Positions 1-12,790 of a stretch of 64,000 nt of DNA are shown piece after piece. The notes beneath the pieces are model-generated. The model did no database searches. It had not been told where the DNA came from and saw nothing but the letters and a program-made list of their open reading frames with translations. This DNA is from Octopus vulgaris (taxonomy: Eukaryota), in contig OX597833.1 in NCBI GenBank assembly GCA_951406725.2, positions 38,750,001 to 38,814,000 on the forward strand. Direction: 5' to 3'. Position 1 is the first letter of the stretch. Each line of letters opens with the position of its first letter. The translations under genes were made by a program, and so were the position numbers.

Positions 1-89
1 CAGTGCGAACATTTGATCACCATAAACAATTCACCTGTGCAGGTTGTTCAGCAAGAAATTACAGACTGGCTTTCCTTGGATGAAGACTA

Positions 90-136
<47 letters not shown>

Positions 137-1374
137 TTCCGCATTTCAGACTCAATGTTAAATATGTTAAAAAAGAAAAATGCTAATTAATTACCTAATA
201 CATTCATTAATTCATGATCAAAATATCCTCTACAAATGATAGCTAAACTATTGTATATCAGTCAGTATGTGATTGATATCTCCCATCTGTAAAATTAATA
301 TCAGCTACATCAACGAAAATGGAAACAGAAGATTAAAATAATTGGAAAATAAAAATGAGAAGAAATCAATAGCAACTCCATATTTTTTTTTCAAATTTGT
401 CTTTAATTAGCATACTCCTATTAATATACACTTTGTCTCTTAATTAATATACGCTAAAATACCACACATTTGAGTTGGATAATTTTATGGCTATTTTTCT
501 TTTCTTTTTTTTTTGTTTCTTTTCTTTTTAATTGACTAATTTTACAGTAAATTTTCAAAAGAGCATAAACACAACAAAATAGACACACCAAATGCATCAT
601 TACTAAATTTTGCACTTTTTTTTTATCAACTAATTTCATATTGTAACTTCAAAACAAGCAGGAAAAAAAAAACCAACCCAAAAAGCAAAGCAAAGGCAAA
701 AAACAAAACAAAACAAAACAAATCGAATCAAAAGCTTACAAAGAGTCTATTAGTGCCAATTATTGTTTTGTTATTAACTAATATCATATCATAACAAAAA
801 TACATAAGAGAAAAAAAAAAGAAGAAAAAGGAATACATAAAGGGTAAATTACTAACAATTGAATTGTTTTTAATTTTAATTATGAGTGACTTTTTTCTTT
901 GCTGTTGTTATTGTGAGCACAACTAATTTAACTGCAATCTATCTCAATGCAAAATGAGATAATGATGTATTATCGTTACTGTTGTTATTATTTTTAATTT
1001 TATTACTATTGTTGTATGATTGCATTATTTTTGTTGTGCTGATAAAACAAAAGATTTCATTCAAGCCAATATATTTCAGCTATAACATCTGTTTTGCTGT
1101 TGGCATCAGATTTCGGTAAAGAGCTGGATAAAAACCCACTTCAAGAAAAAAAAAAAAAGGACAAAGAAAGATGTGAATTGTGAATTGCAGTTGTAACTCC
1201 ACACCACTTTGCACCCCTCTCTATCCATGTCTATGATAGTAAAAAAAAAAAAAAAAATAGCGAGTTAGATATAGGTTTAGCTTTTGCATAAATAGTTGGG
1301 ATTGAATACAGAAACTAAAGGTTAGGGGCCATTGCTATGAAGTATTGACTAATCCCACTTCTTTGTACACACAC

Positions 1375-1413
<39 letters not shown>

Positions 1414-1437
1414 TGATACATTCAATAAGACTTTGGT

Positions 1438-1625
1438 TTATCATCATCGTCATCATCCTATAACATCTGTTTTCCATACTGGCATGGTTTGGATGGTCTG
1501 ACTGGAGCTGCCAAGCCAGAGAGCTGCACCAGGTTCCAGTTCAATTTGGCCTGGTTTCTACGGTTGGATGCTCTTCCTAACGCCAGCCACTTTACAATGT
1601 ATGCTGGGTGCTTTTTAAGTGGCAA
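1438..1625 (-). mobile_element. SINE 3' part, family D ((GAT)n-tailed), degenerate
   Basis: Reverse complement matches 56290-56469 and 63505-63688 (aaaagcacc...ttaggaagggcatccagc...ccatgccagcatggaaa...(gat)n). Confidence 0.75.
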
Positions 1626-2228
1626 TGCATATATTTAATGATAGTGGTGGTGGGTGTATAGTCACTTATGCCAATCTCAGTATTTTATTTTGTCTATGGA
1701 AAGAAGAAAGTCAAAATCAACCAAAGCAGGATTTGAGCTTGAGTTGTAAAGGACTATAAATGTTTAATAATAAAAGAAAATGCAATCAGAGTGAGAAATC
1801 AATTATTACAGATAATAAACAACAGTCAAATTATCTGGTGTTTACCCATTTATTTATTCTAGCATCAGTGCAATGCTTTCTTTCCAGATTGCTGGAAATA
1901 AATGCCCTTTCTCCCTCCCTGCTTTTTAATGCAAACATTGAAAACGGAAGTCAAATCTTCTGGTTAGTCAGGTAGACTGAACAAGCAAAGTTATAAAACC
2001 TTGACCAGCAACACATTACAGTAAATGTACAGTTAAGTTCTGAGATGTTGGTATTCAACAAGAGCAAACATTCTAAAGCAGATCTGACACAGTAAGGGTA
2101 CGTGAAGTGAGTTCAGTAATGACTGAACAAGTTACAGGATTTGATCTGAGATTGTGTGTTGAAACTAAAACAATTACAGGGTGGAAGATAAGTATTAGCC
2201 TTTCAAAAGCACAAAGACTTAAATTCAC

Positions 2229-2456
2229 TTAACCTGTTAGCATTTAAACCGGCCATATCCAGCCAAAATATTCAACCTGTTTTATCATCAATCTGGCCAG
2301 ATCTGGTCTCTCACGCTTACTCAAAAATACTATTCTAAAATAAACAATCATGTCAGTGAAATCTCAAAGCCACAAGGTAATGCATGACAAATTCAAAAAC
2401 AATGTGAATAAAAATACATTACATTTGATAGAGTAATCTGAATGCTAAACGGTTAA
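2229..2456. mobile_element. TTAA-flanked piggyBac-type MITE, family 1
   Basis: TTAA at both ends, terminal inverted repeats cctgttagcatt / aatgctaaacgg; homologous copies at 17368, 22093, 48349, 55549 and 63787. Confidence 0.8.
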
Positions 2457-5400
2457 ACCTTCATTATTTGGTGTCGAAATTTTTGGCGCAAAGTTCCACT
2501 ACATTTATGTTCAGCTCAAAATGTTTTTTCATTTTTTTTGTGGTGTAGCTAGAGGAGGAAGGACAGCTCCCATAACTTTTTTAGTCTCCAAGGCAGGTTG
2601 GAAGTAGAGAGGAAGTTATTCTCAGACCAGACACATTCTTGACACAGTGGACTATATTTAAAAGCTAAGTAGTAATGTCAAACTGGACAATGAATTAACT
2701 TTACAACCCAATCATAGGAGAGGTCCCCTTCCACACAGTTTCTGTTTAATAAATTTTATTCATAAGGCTTTCATCAGCCTGAACTTATGGTACAAGATAC
2801 CCTAAGTGCTCTGCACTGGGACTGAACTTAAAACCATGTAGTTTTGAAGCAAACTTCTTAATCACATGGCTCTGACTGAGCAACAAAGTGGTTAAAATAA
2901 ATATCTCTTAAGTTATAAAGCATGTTAAGTACCAGTTTAAAGCTTCAGTTTAAAGTGAATGAGAACTAAAACTCTTCCTTGATAGGAAACTAGTCTATGT
3001 AGATCATCAGTAGCATACCTAAAGTGATCTTGTATCCATTTCCAGATAGCCAGGCAAAATAAAGCAATGCAGAATAGAGCTTCCTACACTGAAACAACAG
3101 AATTCTCTCTGACAGAGGATTTTCAATTCATGAGCACAGGATGTGTAGTCCAACCACCTAATCTATTCATTGAAACAATTAGCATTACATTTTGTGCTAT
3201 TTAGTAATGAGCTCTATCATAAAGACCTAGAAAGAAAGAAAGATGTATTTTACCATAGCAAATTACAATCCTCTGAACACTCTGCCATTGCTGGATATAA
3301 CGGTTTATAACATTCTACGCATACACACATGTGCACGTATATGTAGATACAAGCAATAATCAATTGAAAGTAAAATAACAGCTACTATTTTTCTTTGCTT
3401 GCAAAAGTGGAAATTGCAAACTTCACAACTCCAACTGTCGCATTAGGCATACTTGTATGGTACACTCCTACTTGCTCACCATACACTTTCAAGAAACAAC
3501 AACAAGGCACAGTATCATAGAACTCAGATCAAAACCAATTAAGAAAACATTTGTAAACAACATATCTATATTCTAAGAATTTTTCACAGAAACAGGTGAT
3601 TAATGTTAGAAACAGTACTCATAGCACAACACAATGTTAAAACGAAGACAGACAACACGCACTATTCATAAACAAAACAAAACACCTGACTGATGGCTTA
3701 TAACATCTAAAAGGTCAAAATTCACAGTCTGTTAGTAATATCTACAATGAATCACATTGGCCCTGCTTACTGGCAAAGAAGCAACAACAGTCAGACAACA
3801 TAATCTGCCTGTGGACGAGAAGCTGAAAGTCTAGAAATGTTGATGTATTTTAAAATGTTATTGTTCCAAAGAAACTACAAGAACTGCATAGAAAACTATG
3901 AGACAACCTTGATAAACGAGATAAAATTATGACATAGCAGAGCTTTGAATGCAACACACATACATGTGCATGTGTGTGTTTGTGCACATGTGCATGTGCA
4001 TATGAGTAAGTAGCTAATTAAGTTACAAGGTGAATTAGCAAGATTACAAAGATATTGCCACGGACTAGGAATCAACAAAATATTCTGAAACAGTAAATTA
4101 GCAATATGGGCTCAAATTGCAATTTAGTAAAGGAGTTGCCAAGTTAGCATTATTGTTAAAGTCTACAAATTATCAGCAAGGATGGAAAGAATCTTTAAAT
4201 TAACAGTATCCTTGAGGCATATTAATTAGCTTCATAGAAATGGCCTATATGATAGTAATATATGAACAATAGGGTGAAATTGTTAAATTACTAGAATTTA
4301 AATTAGAAAATAAATACGATCCAAAGTTAGTGAATGATTTAATATAATTAAAAGAACAACAATTAGTAAATATATATATATATATATAAAAAGAAAAATC
4401 CATATACACTTTTAGAACATTTGATATAAAACTTCACATATGCACACACAACAATACTCGCTATGTAATATCACACACATATATGCACGCAAACATACAC
4501 ACGGATTTTTAAAGAGATGAATAATGAAACAAAGCCGTCTAAAATATAAACAAATAAATAAATGCTAGACATCTCCAAGATGTTTTTCAATGAGCTTGGA
4601 TGGAGTTCTTCATTAGATGACAAGGCTTAACATCTGCCACAAGCACCACTTTAATTACAGTCTGTCTGTCTGTCTTCTATCTCCTCCAATATTACACACC
4701 CACTGCATCTCCCCCACAACACATGCACCTCCTATTGTCTTCAGATTTTCATCCTCACCTCCATACACCTTCACCTATTATCATCCAGGCCTCTAACATG
4801 TTCTCCAGGTGCTACTTCTCCTCCTATTGACAATGAGAGGTGGGGGGACAGAGGTAGGGAGGGAGGAAGGTAGGAAGATGGAGGAAGTGGTAGAATATCT
4901 TTGCCTATTGTTTTCTTTCCAAAGGAGAATTAAAAACTAAACCAACAACAATAAAACATGAAAAAAAAACCCCTCCAACAAATAACAATTATGGTAATTA
5001 TTTTTATTACATGGAGAAACAGATACACAAAACACACACACTCACACACAAAGGCACTATAAGAAGAAGAAACATTATTAAAGACAGTGGAATCCATCAA
5101 GAATCATAAGTTGAACTATTCAGGGGTATGGAATTAGCCAAGGTGAAAAAGTGGGTGGCTATTTGCAAGCTGGAATAAATACTTTAGAATATGTGAGACT
5201 TGATCCAACTATCTGGAGGACTGTGCATGCATGGACATGTGTATGTATGTGAGACTGCATATGTATGTGTATGTATCTACACATGCACACAGATATACAT
5301 ACATAGATATAAACATACTCACTCTGCTAAAAGACAGTTGTTCTTAAGCACCAAGTCAGTTCTAATCAAACAGATCTACGTTCAAAGTTATCTGAGTTAT

Positions 5401-5722
5401 GACCATTCCAACTTTTTTTTTCTTATTCTAGGCACAGAATATGTCAAACTACATTATTTAATATGGACCTTTTTATTTCAAGTCATAAGCATGTGTGTGT
5501 GTGTGATTTGAGGGAGATTTGGTTATCTTTGTAAGTGGAGGCCGTTGCACTGACTTGTTTAATAGTTAATAGTGCTACCAATCAAACCTTTCAAGACGTT
5601 TGATTGAGATAGAGATTCCATCACCACATTAGTAGGCCCAGTGTGGCTGTCTATAAGACTTCAGAATTGGATACAGAACATTGTAGAATATGTCAATGTA
5701 GCCCCAACAGATAATTTGACCC

Positions 5723-5820
5723 TTAACCCTTCAACATTTAAATTCGCCATAGCCAACCCAAATATTCTACTTGTTTTATGGTTAAACTGACCAGAGTAAT
5801 CTGAATGCCAAAGGGGGTAA
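5723..5820. mobile_element. Internally deleted TTAA MITE, family 1
   Basis: Both termini (ttaacccttcaacattt ... aatgccaaagggggtaa) are retained but about 130 bp of the interior seen in the 2229 copy is missing. Confidence 0.7.
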
Positions 5821-6591
5821 ACGGCAGACATAATCAAAGGAAAGTGAATATTTTATGGCACTTTTTCATAATGAAATTGTAAATTTTATTGAGCAAGAGA
5901 CTAAAAGTTGTTGTAGTTTTTTGTACTTTAAATAAGTAGAAAAATTACCCATAAGCAAAGGAGATATTTTTTGTTTCTGCCTGCTTGTTACACACATTCA
6001 TACAACTTTTATTGTTGTTTAAAGTTAAAAGGCCAAGGTGTATAGCTCTGATATAAATACACCCATCGCCCAAGCCCAATAGTCCTTGGACGAGTACTGC
6101 AAAATTATAATTTTGCTTGTTCATTGGTTAACATGTTACTTTTTAGTTTGCTAGAGAGAGGGTAGTTAGAGTGACAAAAGGGGAGGGAGGATGAGGGTGG
6201 GCCAGAGGAAGGGCAGGAAAGGTGAGTGAACTGAAAGCCAGCTGATGCAATATGCTGTCACTTACATGGCTAGTGGAAGTGAGAGGTAAAGAGAAAAAGA
6301 GAAATGTTAACAAGAGAGAGAGATAAGGTATTTAGCAGAAGGAAATTTTAAAATCATATATTACTGTGACTTAGCAAAATAGCAGTGCATGTTGTTTTTT
6401 AAATTTGCAATGGAATTGAAACTAATCATGTAAATAAAAACTTCGTGTATATTCTCCATACCATTTTGTGTATATCAATTGTATATAATGTAAAATATTT
6501 ATGATAAAATATTGTGTAATAAGGAATATGCAATTATATATTGATCTTGCAGTTTCAATAGAATTAAATATGAATGAATGATATGTATATT

Positions 6592-7091
6592 AAGTATTAC
6601 ATAGATTGTTATTGCATATTTTTCTATCATTTATTGCGCAGGCAACAATAAGATTTATATGCAATAAAAATGCAAATCATCCTTGCTTTCTTAAATAGTT
6701 CCTCTTTTGTGTTCTGTGAAATTTCCACAGGTCATGCTAATAATAATAATATTATAAATTCATAATATATATATATATATAGAGAGAGAGGACATGTAGA
6801 GGATCACCTAAAATGTAACTCCTCAGGCAAAGATTAAAAAATATTTCAGTATGTAAGCTGCATAGTATCTATAGCATTATGGGGAAACAAAGTCAGTGGT
6901 GGTGGTGGGTAGGTATAGGGTACACTTATGTAGGTATGACAAGTATTGTATGGATTGTTATTGTATATTTTTGTATCATTTATTGCACAAGCAACAATAA
7001 GATTAATATGCAATAAAAATGCTAATCGTCTTTTCTTTTTTTTTAAAGAGCTTCTCTTAACTTTTTTTGTTTTATGGAATTTCCACAGGTC
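6592..7091 (+). repeat. Diverged direct duplication (6592-6733 and 6941-7091)
   Basis: Both copies read aagtatt..at.gattgttattg.atattttt.tatcatttattgc.ca.gcaacaataagatt.atatgcaataaaaatgc.aatc...aatttccacaggtc. Confidence 0.85.
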
Positions 7092-7139
7092 CCACTAGTT
7101 TTCTTTTGCTTCTTTGAATGGTTTCTGCAGCACACTAGG

Positions 7140-7186
<47 letters not shown>

Positions 7187-7250
7187 TATATATATATATG
7201 TAAAGAGGCTGCTATACCCTAATTAGCATTCTCATTTGAATGACAATAAC

Positions 7251-7469
7251 TATAAGGGGGTGCCGAAAAGTTCCTGATTTTAAGGGTATTGTGAAAGGCC
7301 TGGTTGGAGGCCCAACCTTCTGAGTTCTTTTACAGGGCTTAGAAAAACTGAAGGACTGCTGCAATAAATGTGTGAATTCAAAGGGATTATGTTGAATAAA
7401 ATCATAATTAACTGATCCTCCTGTATTTTCTTTTGTCCAAGGCCAGGAACTATTCAGCACCTTCTTGTA
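7251..7469 (+). mobile_element. Mariner deletion derivative (MITE) retaining the transposase C-terminus
   Basis: TA-flanked ~26-bp TIRs (tataagggggtgccgaaaagttcctg / caggaactattcagcaccttcttgta); interior reads LQGLEKLKDCCNKCVNS/RDYVE*, like mariner C-terminal GIxKLxxRWxKCxxxxGDYVE. Confidence 0.8.
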
Positions 7470-8030
7470 GGTGGAGATCAGCCAATTCTGAGAGCAATTG
7501 TGTGTGTAGGGGGACGGGATCATCCCTAGCATTTGAGTGTACTCTATTTCATTGGCTCCTGAAGGATGAAAAGTAAAATTGAACTCAGCACAGCAGGATT
7601 TCAGCTTAACACAGAGAGCTGAAACAAACACAGCAAAGATCTAATTCCAATACTTTAGTAAATTCTGCCATTTTCCTAATAGAGCATGAGATAAATTCCT
7701 GCTACTGGAGAGAATGCTAACCTATAGCAAATGATAACTCCATATTGTTCTGCCATGTATTCCTAGTGAAAACCAGGGCGACCTGAAATAATGTCAAATA
7801 AACTGTTTAGCCCCGAAACACACACATGTAAATTGATGTAACTAAATACCACAACCATTTTGTCTGTTGCTCCACTGATTCTGCTACATCCTACCTTATA
7901 GTATCCTACAAGGACTGCTGATCATCAATTTACCATTTCAGTTGTCTACAGTCTTGACCAGTGCACTACTTTACTAACCATAACATTATTAAATAATGAT
8001 GATGATAATAATAATAATAATAATAATAAT

Positions 8031-8248
8031 ATATAAAGGATTGACGTAACTCCTCCAGAAGATATAGAGTTAAAATTAAAAGGAGAGTGTCATTGTCATT
8101 TGGTGACAATGGAGTTACCTCAATCATTTATATATTAACCAAAATGAAGTAGATTGACAAATTTATTTTTTTGAACCTATTGAAGACACATAAGATGTCG
8201 AAATATCGTTCACTAGATGACAATGGCACTCTTCTTTTAATTTAGACT
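8031..8248. repeat. Double inverted-repeat element, probable Penelope-like pLTR relic
   Basis: 8031-8053 pairs with 8111-8133 (21/23) and 8068-8106 pairs with 8210-8248 (33/39); TGAAGA-N13-GAAA at 8181-8203. The PLE assignment is inference. Confidence 0.55.
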
Positions 8249-8261
8249 TTTAATAATAATA

Positions 8262-8472
8262 AATCCTTTCTGCTATATGCACAAGGCCTGGAATTTTGGG
8301 AAAGGGGACAAATTGATTTAACTGATCCCAGTGCTCAACAGGTACTTATTTCATCAACACCGCAAAGATGAAAGGCAAAATCAGCTTTGGTAGAATTTGA
8401 ACTCAGAATGTGAAGAAGGACAAAATGCACTCAGCATTTTGCTTGGCATGCTAAATGATTCTGCCAGCTTGC
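8262..8472 (-). mobile_element. Old family A SINE
   Basis: Reverse complement matches 23761-23996 (agctggcagaatc...gcctttcatc...aataagtacc). Confidence 0.75.
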
Positions 8473-8978
8473 AACTTTAACAAATGATGATAATGATAAT
8501 AATAATAATAATAATAATAATAAATGTCCTGATGCAGCACCAGGCAGTGGCTCTTGTGGCATCTGATCTTAACTGACTGGAAGTGTTATCATGTACATTG
8601 TTTTGTCTTGGTAGAAAAAATGGGCTACAGCAAATATTTTGCTCAATAGCACAGATTTGCTTGTCAGTTGCTTGACCATAACCAGTTGAGTATGTCCCTT
8701 GGTGGCTGATGATATGTGCATCTTTAATCATGAGCAGAAGTAGTAGGGGAGCATCATAGCCATGTACTGAGAGGAATTCTTTGGGGTTTGTATAATTAAC
8801 CTTTAAAAACATGGGTGTTTTGTTCAACATCCTTAAACAACCCTTATTTAGGGACCTTTTGAGTGGGATGGGCCATTCAACCTGAAGAAAATTCTAACTG
8901 GAGCCCCATCTGCAAGGTCACACACAGTAAATCTTGATATGAAATTACCATGTTGTGCACATATATATATATATATGT

Positions 8979-9289
8979 GGAGGCGCAATGGCCCAGTGGT
9001 TAGGGCAGTGGACTCGCAGTCGTAGGATCGTGGTTTCGATTTCCAGACTGGGCGTTGTGAGTATTTATTGAGCAAAAACACCTAAAGCTCCACGAGGCTC
9101 TGGCAGTGGGTGGTGGCGATCCCTGCTGTACTCTTTCGCCACAACTTTCTCTCACTCTTTCTTCTATAGGCCTGCTTGCTTAGCCAGCGGGGTGGCATCA
9201 TTTGAAGGCTAAAACAATGCAAAGCACATTGTGACCAGCGATGTGTAGCAACATCTGATAGCCTGGTCGATCACGGTGATCATGGTGCT
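8979..9289 (+). mobile_element. tRNA-derived SINE, family C, inserted in (TA)n
   Basis: A box TGGCCCAGTGG, B-box-like GGTTTCGATTTCC; near-identical copies at 44262 and 53453. Confidence 0.9.
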
Positions 9290-9316
9290 ATAAATATATA
9301 TATATATATATATATC

Positions 9317-9647
9317 TGAGACCCCCTTCGGTCATGACTGACCATGGGATTGCACCTAGAAAGTTACCCTTCCAGGCACAAGTCTGGGCAAAGTTGTTCA
9401 TGGAAGACCAGCAGTCGCCCATGCATATCGGCCTCCCCTTACCATACTACCAGTGTTATCCAAGAGAAAGGCCGATACAGCTTGGCACCTGTGACATCAC
9501 AACTCATTTCTACAGCTGAGTGAACTGGAGCAACGTGAGATAAAGTGTCTTGCTCAAGAACACAACACGCAGCCCGATCTGGGATTCGAACTCACAACCT
9601 CAAGATCATAAGCTTGATGCTCTAACCACTGAGCCATGCGCCTTCAC
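9317..9647 (-). mobile_element. tRNA-derived SINE, family E
   Basis: Minus strand GGCGCATGGCTCAGTGGTTAGAGC...GTTCGAATCCC, then gtgttcttgagcaagacactt...gctccagttcactcagctg shared with the 41490 copy. Confidence 0.85.
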
Positions 9648-11593
9648 ATATACTCTTTTACTTGTTTCAGTCATTTGACTGTGGCCATGCTGGAGCACCG
9701 CCTTTAGTCGAGCACATCAATCGCAGGACTTATTCTTTGTAAGCCTAGTACTTATTCTAATGGTCTCTTTGCCGAACCACTCTGTATATATATATTACTA
9801 CCTCCATAACATAATTTCATGATCCAGTAAACGGAAGAAACAGAATAAGTACTAAATTTCAAAAATATATACTGGGGTCAATTTGCTCAACTAAACCCTT
9901 CAGGACAATGCCCCAGTATGGTCACATTTAATGACTAAAACAAGTAAAAGACAGAAGATATCAAACAATATCTCAACATAGAAAAATATCTTGTGGGGGG
10001 GGGCAGTTAATTTCTTTTCCTCCCAGTCAGATCATGCAGGAGTTGAGTTCAACAGTTTTTGAGTGGTACAGAGAAATGGTTTTAATGAATTAATCACCAG
10101 TAATATACCAGAGCTGATTTAATCTGCAAATACCTCCTTTCCTCTTTCCCCACGTTACTCATTTGCCTAAACATGTCTTATGCCTAGTTGAAAGAAATCG
10201 ATTCTCATTAGTCATACAGGAGAACAATTTGATGTAAAACCTAGAAATTCTTCTTTTTTCTGTTTTTTTTAGTGACCAACAAACAAAATTTGCAATTCAA
10301 AACTACAACTGCACCGCAATTCTTTGCAAGTGCAACTGCTTTCATAACTGCATGTACACAAGCACTTATGTGAATTTCTCTTTTGCATTGTGCCAGAGGC
10401 TTTTCAAATAGACAGCCACAACAAAACAATGCATAAGAGCACACATATGCATTTGCTCATGCTTGCTTGCACTTCAATGCACAATGTAGATGGTTAATGC
10501 AATTTGTAAAAAGGAAAAAAATAAAAAAATTTATGCGTACTCATACATATAAGAATGATTGTACTTTTAAGTTTCATTGGGTTTACACAATAGTTAAATG
10601 ATGGCAGAGGGTGGGCTGCGAATAAGAGAGGAGAGGTGAGAGAGAGAGAGAGAGAGGGAAAGAGGGAGGGAGATGGAAGATGGAAGACAGAGGAAATGGG
10701 CAGAAAAAGAGAGAGAAGGGTGGAGAAATCTAGCATATTTCTGCAAAGAAACAGCCTTAAGTGTACCGCTGAAGGGGAAACGTGAACAACAGAAGCAGTA
10801 ATATAAACAACAGTATAGTAATAATGTTCTTAATCATCATCATCATCATCATATTCATCAAGAACAATGACCAGAAGACAAAAATTATCTAATGTGCAAT
10901 AAATGAAAGAAGAGGAGGATGGACTGCTGCACAGTGGTTGTGATGGCTCTGCTGGATCCTGTTATAGTGTTGGGGATGGTGGAGGTGGTGGAGAACCAGA
11001 GGTTGACAGAAAGAAGTTTTAGAACATTAGCAACAAAGGGTGAGAAAGAAACAGCAAGGGAAAGGAGAGGAGATGGAGAAGCAGTAAAGAGAGGTAGGGA
11101 GAAAGAGGTAGAGAAAGGTAAGAATGAAGTAAGAGGGAGGGAGGGAGGGAGAGGAAAGAAGAAAAGTGCAAGTATTGAAACTTTGAAGCAAAGCATTCAA
11201 GTAGATATAATGTAGTCAAAGGAAAGGTGGCGATGGTGGATGGTGGTGGTGGTAGTGGTGAATGAGCAGTGGTAACATTATGAAGGGTCTTGTCATTATC
11301 CATGTCACCCCTCACCGGCCTTCACCATCGCCACTGCCACCTCAGCCATACAGTTTATTAGAGAGAGAGAGAGAGTTTCCAAGACAGTACAGCAACACAA
11401 TGGGAAAACTTCAAAAGAATAACAAAGAGAAACCACCAATTATAGCAAGGAATGGATGGAAGATCAGGCTAAGAAATTAGGAAAGGAAAAAGCGACAAGA
11501 CGGTGAGGGGCGGGGGGGGGAAGGGTAATCAAAGAAACAAAAACAACATATAAAGACCCCTTAACATTTCCTATTCATTCAGAACAAAAAGAT

Positions 11594-11978
<385 letters not shown>

Positions 11979-12391
11979 AACCAGCAAACATAGGCTTGCA
12001 CTTTCATGCAGAGGAGATAATTTATTAATCAACGCACACTAGTAGTTTACGAAGCAATTATATGTAAGCTTGCTTCAACGGAAATCACTTATCCATGTTC
12101 ATTTTTAAACTCTGCCACCAGGCAAGGGGCAAGAATTTGGTAATGAAGATCAACTCTGCCACTGTATGTATATATATGCTTACAAGGCCAAGACAGTCCA
12201 AACAGCTGAAGAAGTTGCTTGCTTACATTCTATCTGACTATAATTCATACATAGCAACTCTCTCTCTCCACTGGTTTTCAGAGGTTATTTAGTGCTCAAC
12301 ACTGTCCAGTAAAGGAAAATTTGAAATAAATCCTTAAAAAATAAGCTAGAAACACCTGAAATATTGGGGGAAAAATTATAGACAGTGAGGG

Positions 12392-12723
12392 AAATTATAA
12401 GCTCACTTCTGCAACCATGTAGTTTTGGGTTCAGTTTCCCATTGCACAGCACCTTGGGCAAGTGTCTTCTACTAGTCTTGGGCTGATCAATCAAAGCTTC
12501 AAAAATGAATTTGGTAGACAGAAACTGCATGGAAGCCTTTTGTGTGTGTGTGTTTGCTCTCTTCCTCCACTCTGACAAGTGTTGGTTTGTTTAAATTCCT
12601 GTAACTTAGCAGTTCCACAAAAGAAATCAATGGACAGAGCACTGGGAGTAATTTGGTTGACTAAAACCTTCAAGGCAGTGCTCCAGAATGGCCACAGTCC
12701 AATGACTAAAACAAGTAAAAGAT
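12392..12723 (+). mobile_element. Family B SINE, degenerate and CpG-depleted
   Basis: caccttgggcaagtgtcttctacta...gtagacagaaactg...gtgctccagaatggccacagtccaatgactaaaacaagtaaaaga, homologous to the 35337 and 37062 copies. Confidence 0.8.
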
Positions 12724-12758
12724 AATCATGCTGACCAAATCTAAGATCATCGTTTCAA

Positions 12759-12790
<32 letters not shown>

